Shown piece by piece: positions 40,213-53,891 of a stretch of DNA of 64,000 nt. The notes beneath the pieces are model-generated. The model was not told the DNA's origin and searched no databases. It was given only the letters and a program-made list of their open reading frames with translations. The translations under genes and the position numbers were made by a program. Every line of letters starts with the position of its first letter. Within the stretch, counting starts at the first letter, position 1. The DNA lies in assembly GCA_001938485.1 (NCBI GenBank), contig MQRK01231351.1, positions 16,394-80,393 on the forward strand. Direction: 5' to 3'. Source of the DNA: Girardia tigrina. Its lineage: Eukaryota.

Positions 40213-41350
40213 ACGCTTTCTTAGCATTAGTAGCACCTCCATCCAAAACTCCTTTTAGACGCCCATTTTCTAAGAATATATTTTTTTGGTTTTTTATACT
40301 TTATTTAATTCAATCGCAAGTTTATATTCGTAAGAAATAAATATTAAAAAATTATTTATTCATTTCCCATTGAATAATATAATTTAGACTATGTTATTCT
40401 ATTACAAAACTGACACTGAATAAAATGCTTAAAACAGAAAAAAGCATATCATTTTAGATATAATCTCTTCGAGCTTTTAAACCTTAAACATATAAAAAAT
40501 TAAACCAACCATAAATTCAGTAATACAGCACAAATTTTGTCTGGTACTCGAAAGTACCTGTGGTCAACTAAGGGTTAAACTTGAAAATTCATCGATTATG
40601 TTTTGTATTTCTAATTTGTCGAAAATATCACTCTCAATTGATACCATTGATAAACCAACTAATCATTCTTGGGAAATGGTTGACCTTAATAATTGCTAAT
40701 TAGTATAACCTTCTAAAAAGATCTTTCTCCACTTTACATTGACATTTGTAAAGTTAAGAATAATTTAATAGCAATTACTAAATTGGGAAAATGAATTCCA
40801 ATAGATTTATATCCCAAGATGTTGAATCTGTTGGTTGCTATTTCTATTTAATTAAATAACTTTCTTGAATAAATATATTTTTTCTGTCAGCGGAAAGAAA
40901 ATTGTTTTTTTTAATAAATTATTGTTCACTTTGTAAATTTCTTTTATTTTATTTATAAATTCAAAATATTTTAGAATACTTTGTGAAAAGGTTTATATAT
41001 ATATAACATTAAAAGGAATTACCTTATTGGTAAATCCATAATCATTGCTAATACGACACTACAAAGCATTTATAAACATACAAAATGGACCAAGTAAAGC
41101 AGCCTCAATATTACATATCTTTAAATAAAATTAACTAAAATATTAACCAATAAGATTGAAGTTTAATGTTACTTTAAATATTTTTGTCACCATTTAATAG
41201 TTTAAAATTAAATAAATTAATAAAAATACAAATAATAATAAATCAAAAATGAATTACAACTCAAATAAAGTTGCTGAAGATGATTGTAGATTTAAAAAAA
41301 TCCATTTTAAAAATTATCTATTCTAAAAATTTCAGATTATTGTTAAATAG

Positions 41351-41398
<48 letters not shown>

Positions 41399-42142
41399 GA
41401 GTTGTCTGTAATTCAAATTGAATAAAATTATTAATATTTGAACAAATTATTTCTTTTAGATAAAATTCCAAATTATTAATGTGTATTTTATCAAAATCAA
41501 GAATTTTATTGAATAGAAAATATTTCATGGAAATAAAGTTGTAGTATATTTAGTAAATTTTATTTTGGAAAGTTTTTGAAAATATGTATGGTAATTTTGG
41601 TAATTTTATCTATCTGTTCTATCAATGGACGACCCACCTGATGATGATCTGATAAGAATAAAGTTTATCATTAAGCTTTTTCAAAAAAAATCTACAATCT
41701 AATAAGGGTATGAACTCTTAAAATTTTAACAAAAATTCGAAATCATAAAATATCAATTTAATTAATTGACATTAAATATCATTAAAGATAATTAATTTTT
41801 AATAATAAATTAAAATTTTTATTAATCAACAATAAAATAAGTTTATTAATATATTTAAAAAATATTGATAAATAACTATCTATAATTCGTTACAAACTAT
41901 TAATCTTTTTTAAATATATATTTAATTCTTTGTGATATGATTGGTTAACAATGTAACGGTGTATTCATTATGTAAATTAACATCGATTTCCAGAATTTTT
42001 TGTTAGAAATGAAGCAAAACATTTTATATAAATCACACAACACATGTACACAATTATCAATTTATATTTATTTATATTCATTTATATATATTTATATATT
42101 CGATTAAGAAATATATATAAATATATATATATATATAATGTT

Positions 42143-42550
42143 GGTCATAGATGAATATGACATTTATTGATGTGTACGCCAACAGTACACTCAGTGTTTA
42201 CCATATGTGCCTCACTGTGAGCGTGTGTATATGATTGAGAAGGATTGAGTGTTTGTGTGTTTGCATTGGTGCATTTGTGCCATGCTGTATTTATGTTTGT
42301 GTGTGCTTCAATATGACATATTAGTGAACACAATCACCTGATTCCAGTGTCATCAAAATGTCTCCAGCTGGGTCTGGGTGTATTGATTTGTCCAGATGAT
42401 CGTTTTGTTTGCGATGACATTTTACAATGGTTGTATATATTCCGGTTGGAGTGATTGTGTGGTGTGAACAGAGATGTGAGATTGATTGATTGACGTGACG
42501 TGTTGTGATGAGACTGATGATGATGATGATAATTGACATCATTTATGATC
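42143..42550 (+). ncRNA. Candidate ~410-nt G/U-rich multibranched structured RNA
   Basis: GGTCATAGATGA/TCATTTATGATC basal stem; ACACAATCAC(42328)/GTGATTGTGT(42451), AAAATGTC/GACATTTT, GTGTAC/GTACAC, TCTGGGT/GTCCAGA. Confidence 0.6.
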
Positions 42551-43114
42551 ACAATGATTTATATATTTGTTGTCAAATTTATTTTCGTATTTTAATTTAC
42601 TGATTTATTATTTTATTTTCTGTACAAGACAGTTTTGATTTTTTTTGTTTTTTTTAAATATTTGAGGATAAAAGATGTTATAATGTGATTAATGTCTTGT
42701 TGTAGAGGATAGAGAGAATATAGAAGCATCTTTTTTTACTGAATTAGTGGTCTAGAAATTTATTAATTTGGGGGATAATCACAGTGATTGACACTCGTAA
42801 CTGTCATAATAGCAGATACAATTCACTATCACGAAAAAATGGCATTTCTTTATGATTAATTAGAAGAAGTGATTTTGTGCAGTTTTTGATAACATGAATG
42901 CTGTGGAGACCACATGTATTAAAGAACATAGCAGGGTGAACTATTATAATATCGGAATAGGGAATCTTATCTAAGAATGAACCAAAATGGATATCATGGA
43001 ATAATCTAATAATATTAGTTGAAAAAATATATTATGGCAATATGCATTTTGTTCGATTTTAAAATATTTTCTACTAATTATTGTTCTGTATATATATATA
43101 TATATATAATATAA

Positions 43115-43159
<45 letters not shown>

Positions 43160-43302
43160 ATAATATTTTGGTTACACAAAAAACAACACTTAAAAATATA
43201 TTTTAGGGTAATATTTACCGTTTAACTGTCATTAGCAGATCACGAATTTTGTGCTTTTTAACCGCTATATATGTAAAAGGAATGATTGTACAATCTTCAA
43301 TA

Positions 43303-44433
43303 CGAGGTGTAGCATCTATTTGAGAACAAAATGATGTCCGTGGAGAAAAGGAATTGACAAAAGAAAAAAGAACATTTATTACATATCAAAGTTTTATATA
43401 GATTAACACATACATAAAGGACGACATCACTCAATGAACCCCCATCAGCTGCAATAACAGCTTATACACGCTGTCAAAATCGACTGCAGGCAGTAATGAC
43501 ATGAGTCTTTGGAATGTTTTTCATAGCATCCACTACATCAGCTCTGAAAGCTGAAACAATGTTTTGAGGATGACTATTGGAATCCCTCTCGACTACGCCT
43601 AAACAATCAACTACACAACAATGCAGTGGATTGACATCTGGTGAGCTGAGAAGACAAATGTTAGGTGTGACATGGTTGTCGAAATTCTCAGCCATCTATT
43701 TTTGGGTTATTCTGACTGTATGAGATGGACCTTAGTCTTTTTGAAAAACATACGGCCTCCCATTTGTTACAGTAGTAATGTTAGGCTTAACAACTGCGGC
43801 TAACACTTCGGTGTAAGTAACGGCACTGACTCTGGCACTTGAAGCAAGAGAAATGTGGAGTTTTCACATCACCTTCCTTACTAATAACACCGGAAAGCAT
43901 TAAAGATGCTGGAAATTTTGTATGCATGACCGCAGGTCCTTCATCAGGACTTTTACACAGCTACCGATCACTTTTTTGATTTACCTTCTGGTCCTGAACA
44001 AAGTTCTTATCTAAGAAACGCCAGATCATTCCTGAATCCTCAGGATCTTTGAGCATATTCAAAAGGCTCTTGCAGCTCTCTGACCAGTGCCCTTATCGAC
44101 TTCCCAATGTCCTGTTCGATTTCATCCTGGGCTCGGTTTATAAAATCTAGCATCCTTATACTGTCAGAACATCGACAATAATGTTTCCTTTTTGAAACTT
44201 CCTCCACATCATCCTTTGCAGCTCCAATTCAACTCCAAAATATGAATACAAATGATAGGGCGACTTTCAAGAATGCAGCGGTGTGTCCTGCAACCAAGGA
44301 GACAATAACTGCATGCTTCTTCATTTCTTGCATTAGAGTAGATTCTGCCATGTCTACAACAGAAAAAATGTTACTATAACGCAGGAAAGTGTGGCGTATA
44401 TATTGTGTGTTCTTAAATAGCTTCTGCATCCTG
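43303..44433 (-). mobile_element. Old degenerate DD37D maT-type element
   Basis: TA-flanked TIRs related to 18084; MAESTLMQEMKKHAVIVSL; SSPDVNPLH..GVVERDSN.HP..ACSRF. Confidence 0.85.
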
Positions 44434-44771
44434 TATAAAACTTATAGATTGGTTGGGAGGGCCATTTAAACATCGAATAATGGATAACGAGATCTTATTA
44501 ACAATATTTTACACGACACTCTCCCAAAAACTTTTAAAATACTTGCACAGAAAGAAAAATCAAATATTCAGTGATTATCGTTATGATGGTAAAACGCTAT
44601 GATGGTATTATTCTAAAATATGTTTTTAAATGTCGTTGTTTTGAATATTTAAAAAAATTAGAATTCTTTTTATAATTTTTTTTATAATCATATTTTATTT
44701 GTTTTATAATTATAAGATATTCTGAGAAATTAAAGAAATTATGTGATAAAATACAATGCAAATATTTATTT

Positions 44772-44772
<1 letters not shown>

Positions 44773-44838
<66 letters not shown>
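44773..44838. repeat. (AAT)n microsatellite
   Basis: Direct observation. Confidence 0.95.
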
Positions 44839-46329
44839 TTGTTCAATATTATTTATGATTCACTTCGTAATTTATTATCTGCAAATGTTCTCAGAAACGC
44901 ATAGAATTAGGGGGGCTCTTACTACAGGGACTTGCAACATTAAAAAACAATTCTAACTGCAAATCGAATACGTTCCAGATAAAAGAGGGTTGAGATTTTG
45001 AAGGGAGTTTGAATATGAAAAAATAAACTTGTTTAGAATGGTTTAATTTCACGAATCAAAATAGATAAATTAATTACTTAAAATAATTAGACATCTAAAT
45101 ATTTAAACCTTTTTAATTGTCATATATATAAAATTCCCAAGCATATGAAATTTTGATAAATGACATTTATGCTAATCTTCTGTTACCTCCCAGTTGCCAA
45201 TTGTGGGGAATATTTAACTATCCTAAATGTACTTCTTTTTGGGTTATAACAAGTTTTGTTTCCGAAACAATAATTATAAAAATAAAATTGAATAGTTCTT
45301 ATTACAAGTAACATAAAATAATTATTATAAATATATTATTTGTGTATTTTTCAGAAATTTTTTATCGTTATTAATGATAATTTTCATTATAATAATTATT
45401 ATTGTTATTATTCTGTGGTAAAATTATATTTTTTTAACACTTAAAAAGTATTTATTTATTTAAAAATATTTATTTTATATTTTGAAAAATTGAAAAAAAA
45501 CGAAATTATTTATTTATATATTTGTAAATAAACTTTCACATAAACTTTCAAACTGAATCAAATTTTGTCATTTACAATCATTCTGTTTTTCCCATAAAAC
45601 CAGCACCAAATTTTATATTAATGTTACACGTTTTAATGAATTTGTTACGATTTATTCACTTGTCGATTCTGAAAACGTGAAACGCTTCTTTTATATACTT
45701 TTAATATATAATATTTATATTTATAAGGAGCTGGTTTTAATAAATTCTATCAAGTAAATCGAGTCAAACAAAAATATATATCTAACAAAATAATCGTAAA
45801 TTTTACATATTTTACTGGCCAGTCTTGGAGGATTCCAAATTATTCAATGTTTTGCCCTATTAGAATAAAGAGTGAGTTAATTAAATTTTATTTTATTCCA
45901 ATTTTTCTCCAAAATAATCACAGTAATTTTTTAATTAGTACCATTTCAATTTTACAGAATTTGTTCAAAAAATTATATAAATTTATATATTATTGAGTCT
46001 TGTGAACGCTAATTTGATATTTTTAAAAAATAATTTTATTTAAGCTTTTTTTAGAAATTGATTGGTGTGTCTCTGTTTGATGTTGATGATGGATTGACAG
46101 GTGACATTCTAGTTGTTAGGCCAGAAATGAACAATCAAATAAGGTTTCGATTTATTATAGAACGATTTCTTAGCTGTAAAAATCATCCAAGAACCAAAAC
46201 ATGATTTGATATTTATCAATTTTTAAAAAATATTTTCTGTTTCATTATTTAATTTTACATAAATAGATTCAATATAATTCTTTATCGAATTATTAAACAA
46301 TTTTTAATTATAAATTAAATAATAAATAA

Positions 46330-47460
46330 AATAAATCTTTATATGATAATGGTTGTTCAAAATCAATAGTGGATAAACTAAGAAAATAAACTATTGATAA
46401 ATTAATTGACAAAAATAATAATACTAAAATTACAGATGTTCAAGATCAAGATCAATTTCGCAACACTAATAATAAGAGTTTAGAAATCAGATATGTTCTA
46501 AGTGTACCATATTCAGAGGGGTTTAAAATATTTAAAAATTATATTTTGAAAACGTTAGACAATGCTATAAGTTGAAAAGTAATATCCTGTACCCAAAAAT
46601 TGAAAGCATATTCTTCAATAAATCTTCAACACCGTTAGGATTGTGTTCATATCTCATTTACCAATATACATGTAATGGGTGTAACGCCACATACATTGGA
46701 AAAACTTCACGTCATCTCTGTAAGAGAATCCAAAAACAAAGTTATTTTTAGTGGCGTTTATACCATTGTCGTTATTAGAGATTTCACAATTCATATTTAA
46801 AACAAAAATTTATTTTTAAAATGTATTTTAATTATAAATAAAATTATTAAATTTAATTTATACTAAACTCTAATTTCTTTAAAAATAATGTCGTTGTAGA
46901 ATTTTATTATAAATTAACATTATAAATTTTACACCGTTTATTAATTATTTTAAAATTCTTATTTTAAAAACTTTTACTTATCATTTTCCTATATTAAATT
47001 TTTTCGACTTTACTTAATGCCAGCTTTTTAGATTTTAAACCCCTTTTTTATTTTATATAAATTATTTAATTTTTGTTAAAGTTTTAAATTAAAAAGATTA
47101 TAAATTATTTGACAAATTGAAAATTTTAAATAACTCCTCGTAGCCGTAATGAAGGTGGAAGTAACATTGTATGACATAGAAGACATTGTAAAGGATACAT
47201 AACTTGACAACACTATTAAATTTTGTACACGCAATTTAAAAAATATTGGGAGAGAGTGACACATGTCAAGCATTATATATAAGATCTTTGGATGCAAAAA
47301 TTAACTTTCAAACTGCACTCTCTACACATTTATTAGGAGTTTGTAAATAATGTGTTGGTGATATATAAATTACACAATCATTAATTCAACTATATAAGTG
47401 ACTTTCATTTTTAAAAAATTCATTTGTTCTGACGATGACGGTTAAGCTGTCAAAATTAAT
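46330..47460 (+). mobile_element. Decayed Penelope-like C-terminal fragment, split by an AT-rich insert, with a degenerate hammerhead at ~47429
   Basis: YQYTCNGCNATYIGKTSRHL GIY-YIG; ALYIRSLDAKINFQ; CTGACGA-T-GACGG..CTGTC-AAAA. Confidence 0.7.
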
Positions 47461-48734
47461 GATCTTTAATTGACTTCAAAAATTTTTATTTGACAACTTG
47501 CCAATCTTATTTAAATTTATTCACAATTTTGATTATAGTTATTCTTTTCTAACCTGCTTTCAAGATCATCTATGTCCTTATCGTCACCATATGAAAGATA
47601 AATTTGATAATGAAGGGGGTTTCAAAGAAAAATTCAAATCAATTAAAATAAAAAAATGCAAAAAATAAGATTAATTTATTCCAAAGCAAAAATCATAAAT
47701 ATTTGGAAATTTTATTAAAATAAAAATTTAATTAATTAAGTCAAAAATTCTTTATTATATTGTTTTAATTGTTACTTTATCGTAAAACATTTTATATTTT
47801 TAAAATATATAAGTGTAAACACTATTGTTGATTGTTTATTGTAAATAATAATAATTTTAGTGTTATCAATCTTGTATTAATTGCAAGTTTTGATTTCTTC
47901 CCTTTTAAATAATTTATTATTACTAATTAAAATTTTAAAATTTATATCCAATATTTTCTTTTTCATTTTGGCAGTTACTTTTAAATGAATATTTGAGTAT
48001 ATATTAAGTTTTTGTATTGTTAAAAATCCTTGGATTAATATTAAAATCCCATAAAATTATGAATAAATTCAGACTCATATAAATATGCTCATCTTTTTCA
48101 TAATTAAGATGATGAATTTTTATCACTGTTTCATTGTTTAATGATTGCGTATGTTTTGGTTAAATAAATCGATTTTTTTCATATGGCAATGAGTTTCTTA
48201 TTTGTATTTTATAAATAATTTTGTAAGGATTCTTATTGTTTCAATAATTAAATGAAAACAAGTTGTCCTACCCTAATCACGTCTATATCTTAAGATGACA
48301 TAGCTTTTGTTTCCGGAAAAATTCTGATCCTTTGGTGGTAAAAAAAATCGTCAAAATAAATTACACAAAAAACCAATATTAATGTTATGTTATAACAAAA
48401 TAAATTTTAATTCAATTGCCATGCAAATTCATTAAAGCCATTTTGGAATTTAGGAAGTTTCAAAATGAAAAGGATATTACAAACGTTTTTACTCTATTCT
48501 TAATATAAAACATAAATTGTTTTATCTGTAGTACGCTGGTCTAATAACGTAATACACGAATATATTAGATGCCAAATATTAGTACGACAAGTCTTAGATA
48601 AGACAACCGACAATTTTCAAAATGTCTTTTAGTTATTTTATCAGATCTTTTTATGATATATTTGTGTACAACATGATATTCACATGGGATTATATTTTAT
48701 TTACAGCGAAAATTTTTTTCATGATAAAAAAGTT

Positions 48735-48737
48735 ATA

Positions 48738-48794
<57 letters not shown>

Positions 48795-48847
48795 GTATAT
48801 ATATATCCATGGAATTTAGAAACCTATTTTTGAAGGCATTTTACTCA
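48735..48847 (+). repeat. Left part of a (TA)n-headed interspersed repeat (possibly Helitron/Helentron-like), split by the RLE retroelement
   Basis: TCCATGGAATTTAGAAACCTATTTTTGAAGGC..TTTACTCA matches 63478-63519. Confidence 0.75.
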
Positions 48848-51800
48848 TAAATATAGATAAAGTTTTTTGCCCGTTATGTATGTCAGACTTGCAATGGATT
48901 CTAGTAGTTTTTGATGTTAACAACAAAACAACCATCGTTTATAATGTAATGGAATCCCTAACACTGGAACAAGAACTGGCAATCAACAGCATTATTGCTA
49001 ATCTTCTCTCCTTCTTTCGATTAGGTGGCGAAGGTTGGATCTTGAAACAATCCAATGATTTGCCAACTTCACAAAAATTTGCAGAGAGTGGATACTGGAT
49101 TGCCAACTCTATATGNNNNNNNNNNNNNNNNNNNNNNNNNNNNNNNNNNNNNNNNNNNNNNNNNNNNNNNNNNNNNNNNNNNNNNNNNNGTTCAAAAGAA
49201 AATTAGACGACAAGAAAAAACTATTAAAGAAAAGAATAACAGAGAATTGCGTTACAAAAAAATTTCAGAGATAATAGTGGCCAACTCCACAAAAAGTGCT
49301 GAAGAATTGGACTCTGTCATTACCAACTACATTTTGCAAGCAAGAGTTAAAACGGTCAAAAATCTCAATGCATCAAGAAATATCAGGAATATTAGAAAAA
49401 AAACGGATGTAAATCTACGACATTACTTTAAAATAAAACCGAAAAAGGCCATGGAAATAATTTTAAGTGACACTACTGTTGATGGAGGGCTATGTTTGGA
49501 ATGTCTTACAAATTACGCCAAATCAAAAGCGACTATCCTCCTGAAACAGACTGGAGCAATGCACCAAACATCAAACCTGGCCCAAAATTTCAATTTCAGC
49601 ATGTCACTCCAGAAGAGATTGTCAACATACTCAAGAACACCAAAAATACTACTCCCGGTATATCAAACATTGGCTATGCAGATATTGACTATTGCGACCC
49701 GGGTTGTCGATTTCTGCCCACATTATTTAATAAAATCATTGATACAGGAGTTATTCCACCAAGTTGGAAGAAATTCCTAACGGTAATAATCCCTAAACCA
49801 GGTAAGTCAGGAAATTACAAAGAAGGATCATGGAGACCAATAGCACTGATGGAATGCATTGCCAAGTTGTTCACATCTTGCCTATGTACTCAACTGGAAC
49901 AATGGCTAGTGAAGAACAATTTAATTTCAAAGTTCCAAAAAGGCATCGGACCATCGGTCGGGTGCGCTGAACACAATAACGTCATGAGAATTTTACTGGA
50001 GGAATATGAACATCTTCATATTGCATTCCTCGATCTAACTTATGCATTTGGCAGCATTCCAATTAATCATATATTAGAAGTTCTCAGAAGAAAAGGTCTA
50101 GATTCATTCTCCTGCTCTCTCATTGCAAATCTGTACTCGGATTGTTCATCAACATATGCCTGCAATGATTGTACGACTGAAGACATATCCATCAGGAGGG
50201 GGGTTAGACAAGGATGTCCTCTTTCAATGCTGCTGTTCAGTGTTGGAATTGATCCAATTTTGGCTGCACTACAAGATAATTATGCTTTTGGTATCGACAC
50301 CGAGGCTGGTATGATCACTTGTCTGGCATATGCAGATGATATTGCATTAGTTGCAACCAGCAACTCTTGTTTACAAGCCATGGTTTCATGGTTGAATGGA
50401 CTTCGATGAAGTTTAACCCAGCCAAATGTGGATATTTATCAACTCCTCTTATGAACGAATCAATCCATATTAATAACATACCAATACCTATAGTAACGGA
50501 TGAAGAAGGTTACCGTTATCTCGGAGTAGACTTTACCAGAAAGACAAAATTCACTCCTGAACGTCTATTTCTATCAGCTATTAAGGACTTGAAAAAAATA
50601 ACCAAATCAATACTATTTCCCTGGCAGAAAATAGAAGNNTATAGAATCTTTATACACTCACGATTCACCTTCTATTTTCAAAACTATAATATACCAAACA
50701 GGGAACTTACGGATTATGGCCACCACGAAACCACGAAGTCTATCTTTAAAAGCGGCCTTGACGTGGAAATTCGTCGTTACCTGAAGAAGATTTGTGGAAC
50801 GGTCCCAAATTCATCCAATGATTACACTTATGCTGACAAGAAAAAAGGTGGTTTAGGTTTAGTCTCTACCCGAGATGAATACGCAATACAATCTATAATT
50901 CAAGCGTACAAGAACATGGTGTGCTCAGACGAAACATCGCGTCATCTCACCTTTATCAATTTATTCAACACCCTAGACAGATATCACGGTACTAAAGAAG
51001 AATGGACACTCTCTGATTACCTAAACTGGATCAACACAGGTGACAAAGAGAATGGATTTAAATCTTGGTGGACGAAGATTCGGAATTCAATCAAATACCT
51101 GAAAGGCATTGGGTTACAAATTCAGTTTGTCACTAACGAGCTAGGTATTTGTTTAAAAGTTCACATATCCAATGATTCGCTGATACTAAGTAAACACTCA
51201 ATAGACAGTATAACTTTCCACTTGCACAGAATCTATAACAAAATGAAATTTGACAAATGGAGCAAACAAAGGATGGCTGGAATGTCAGCCATCTCATTGN
51301 CAGAACACAACTTCAGCTCCAAAGTATTATACAATGAGTCACTATCCATCGAGGAATGGCGCTTTTTACACAGCGCAAGGACAAATAGTTTACCAACAAA
51401 TTATAAGCCGAAAAAACCAAAACAACAATCGATGTGTAGGGCATGTGGTCAAGATATAGAAACACAGATCCATGTTCTATGTTGATGTAAACCCAACAGC
51501 ACTCTGATACAGGCGAGACATAATGAAATCGCAGAAATCGTCACAGATGCTTTACTTGCAGAGAAACCAATTTTAAAAATCATCATGAATCGAGAGTGTG
51601 ATTGGTCTGTGTCGGGAAGCCGGATTGATTTACCAGTTTATAACCATGGAACCAAAGAACTCTGGCTTATAGATATAAAAACCCCTTATGACACTGTCAA
51701 AGCACTTAAAGATGCCAAAGATAACAACAAAAAGAAATATAAAAGCCTGCTAACTGAAGCAAAGGCGGCTCATAAAGGATGGACTGTAATATTAGGAGCA

Positions 51801-52141
51801 ATTGTTGTCGGCTGTTTAGGATCTTGGCCCGCCGATAATGACAACCTGCTTAAAAACAAAATTACATCTTTCAGGTACAACTATAAAAAATTTAACCAAA
51901 ATGTGCATAGTGTCGAATATCAAATATTCCAACTCTACATGGCATAAACACAATACCGGTCAATATAACCCACTGATGTCAAATGCGGTGACGACAAATC
52001 TTACCGACACAGTCAAACCATATGCACCAGTAGCCGGTTGATAACAATAGCACAAGTCAAAGATGCTCTATACAGCGACCATAGCTTTGAGCATCTAATG
52101 TATATGGATATCTTTACATATTTCAACTTGAAATTTTGTCA
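48848..52141 (+). mobile_element. 5'-truncated RLE-type non-LTR retrotransposon (NeSL/Utopia-like, R2 group): Ulp1-like, RT, CCHC and restriction-like endonuclease; frameshifted
   Basis: WRPIAL, FLDLTYAFGSIP, GVRQGCPLS, AYADDIAL, FNPAKC; KKGGLGL; CRACGQDIETQIHVLC*C; ARHNEI, RIDL..IDIK..KKKY; N-terminal FCPLC..QWILVVFD..IVYN. Confidence 0.9.
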
Positions 52142-52550
52142 CAATTTTTTCCAAACTTTGAACACTTACTCATTCTCGATGACAATAAATGATTATGTGG
52201 AAATTTGAAAAACCTTTATAGGTCTCAAAATTGGAACAAAACGGTCCTATCGGAGTTCCTGAACAATATTACCATAAAAAGATCTACTTATAAATTATAA
52301 GTAGTTTATATTACACAAAAAAATTAAATTGTAAAATGAATAAAGTCCAGTAATCCGATTTAAAGTCGAACTAGTAAATCGAAAAAATATTTTTTATATC
52401 CATGCTTTATGCGGGCAGAACTCTACTTGACTAACATAATGTGTTTTATTGATTTTTTTTGAAAATATTTTTTTATTAAAACTTTGTTGGCCAAGCAGAT
52501 TTCTGTCTGCATAAATAATGAATATAAGATTTTTTTAGATTTACTAGTTT
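52142..52550 (+). repeat. Right part of the same interspersed repeat, ending in a ~70-bp-arm inverted repeat
   Basis: Matches 63522-63820 and 62755-62990; 52370-52436 inverted at 52485-52550. Confidence 0.75.
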
Positions 52551-52854
52551 TAATCATTTATTTACTTTTTATCTGTTTCTACAAGATAATTGCAAGTTTT
52601 TATAACAATAATATGTCCAGAAAAACAAAGATTTATCACGTATGATTTGTTTTAATTCAAATTTCTAAAACTAGAAGTTCCGTAAACATGATTATGAAAC
52701 TACAGCTATCATCAAAATTATATCGTATTTGATAATAAGTGTGAAAAAAATAAAATATAAATAATTATATATTTGTGTGTATTGGACTATCAGTGATCGA
52801 TTGTATTGAATTGTTTACCCAGAAATGTTTAGTGTACATATTTTTAGTAATATT

Positions 52855-53319
52855 TATTAAGAACATTGAGACAAGTCTCATTTGAATTTTTATTACAATC
52901 ACATTTAGAGTCATTACAACTCTCAGAATGTCTTTCATCGTTTTTCATCCTTCTAATTGGTTTTCTTATTTCTGTTTTTAATCATGATTATTCGAACAAT
53001 TTTTCTAAGTTATTTTTAAAATATTTAACCTCTAAAAAATATTAATTAAAAAATATTATTTTTTACCATTTCTCAATAAATCCCAAAATAATAAAAATGT
53101 CATCAAATTATTAAAACTGCATTTAATTTAAATTTTACTAAAATATTAAACTTATTTTTAATTATTAAATTAAAAAATATGAACTTATAAAATGATTATT
53201 TTAATTATGTTCGAATTTCCTTCTTGGTGGGAGAATCACCATTCTAAGTTCGACATACTCGAATCAACATACATCATCACTACATTTACACATTCAAACA
53301 ATTTAAAACATTCCTCACA
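52855..53319 (-). mobile_element. Solo LTR, copy 4
   Basis: TATTAAGAAC...CCTCACA flanked by a perfect 5-bp TSD ATATT. Confidence 0.8.
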
Positions 53320-53891
53320 ATATTGTTTTCCAATTACATTCTCTGACGTTATTTTCATTTATTTTACCACGCTGAGATTCTGCAAAAATGTCGATATTTC
53401 TATAGAGAAGAGTGTAAATCAATGCCTTGCATTCGTTGAGTTGGAAGCAAATCAATATCCTATCATAATAATAATATGCCTGTATATGTTGTATTAAACA
53501 AATCGAAAATCCAACGAAGACGATTTTTAGGTTTTACTTATTCTGGTTGACTGCGTGCGACAACTTTACTTTACCCACCCATATGCTAAAGAAAGAAGTA
53601 CTCATCTAGTTTCTTCACCTTTTGTTTGAACAATTCTACGAAGATTCATCGTTTCATTCAGATTTAAAGCATCTAAACTTTTAAAGAATCATGTTCTCTC
53701 AAAAAAGAATGTACATGACCGTTTGATGTTGTCGCAATATCGACATTCGATGCGATAATTTAATTTCAACGTTACGATTAAAGACCACTTAACACATGAT
53801 TCAAGTTTAAGTAAACTAAAACCAAAATTCATCACTCCCTTTCAGTTATGGTTGCGAGACTCTAAACGTAAGTTTATCATATATTTTTATA

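Noticed and set aside
42145-42552. His-rich minus-strand ORFs
   Set aside because: Overlapping short frames explained by TG skew; no supporting splice structure
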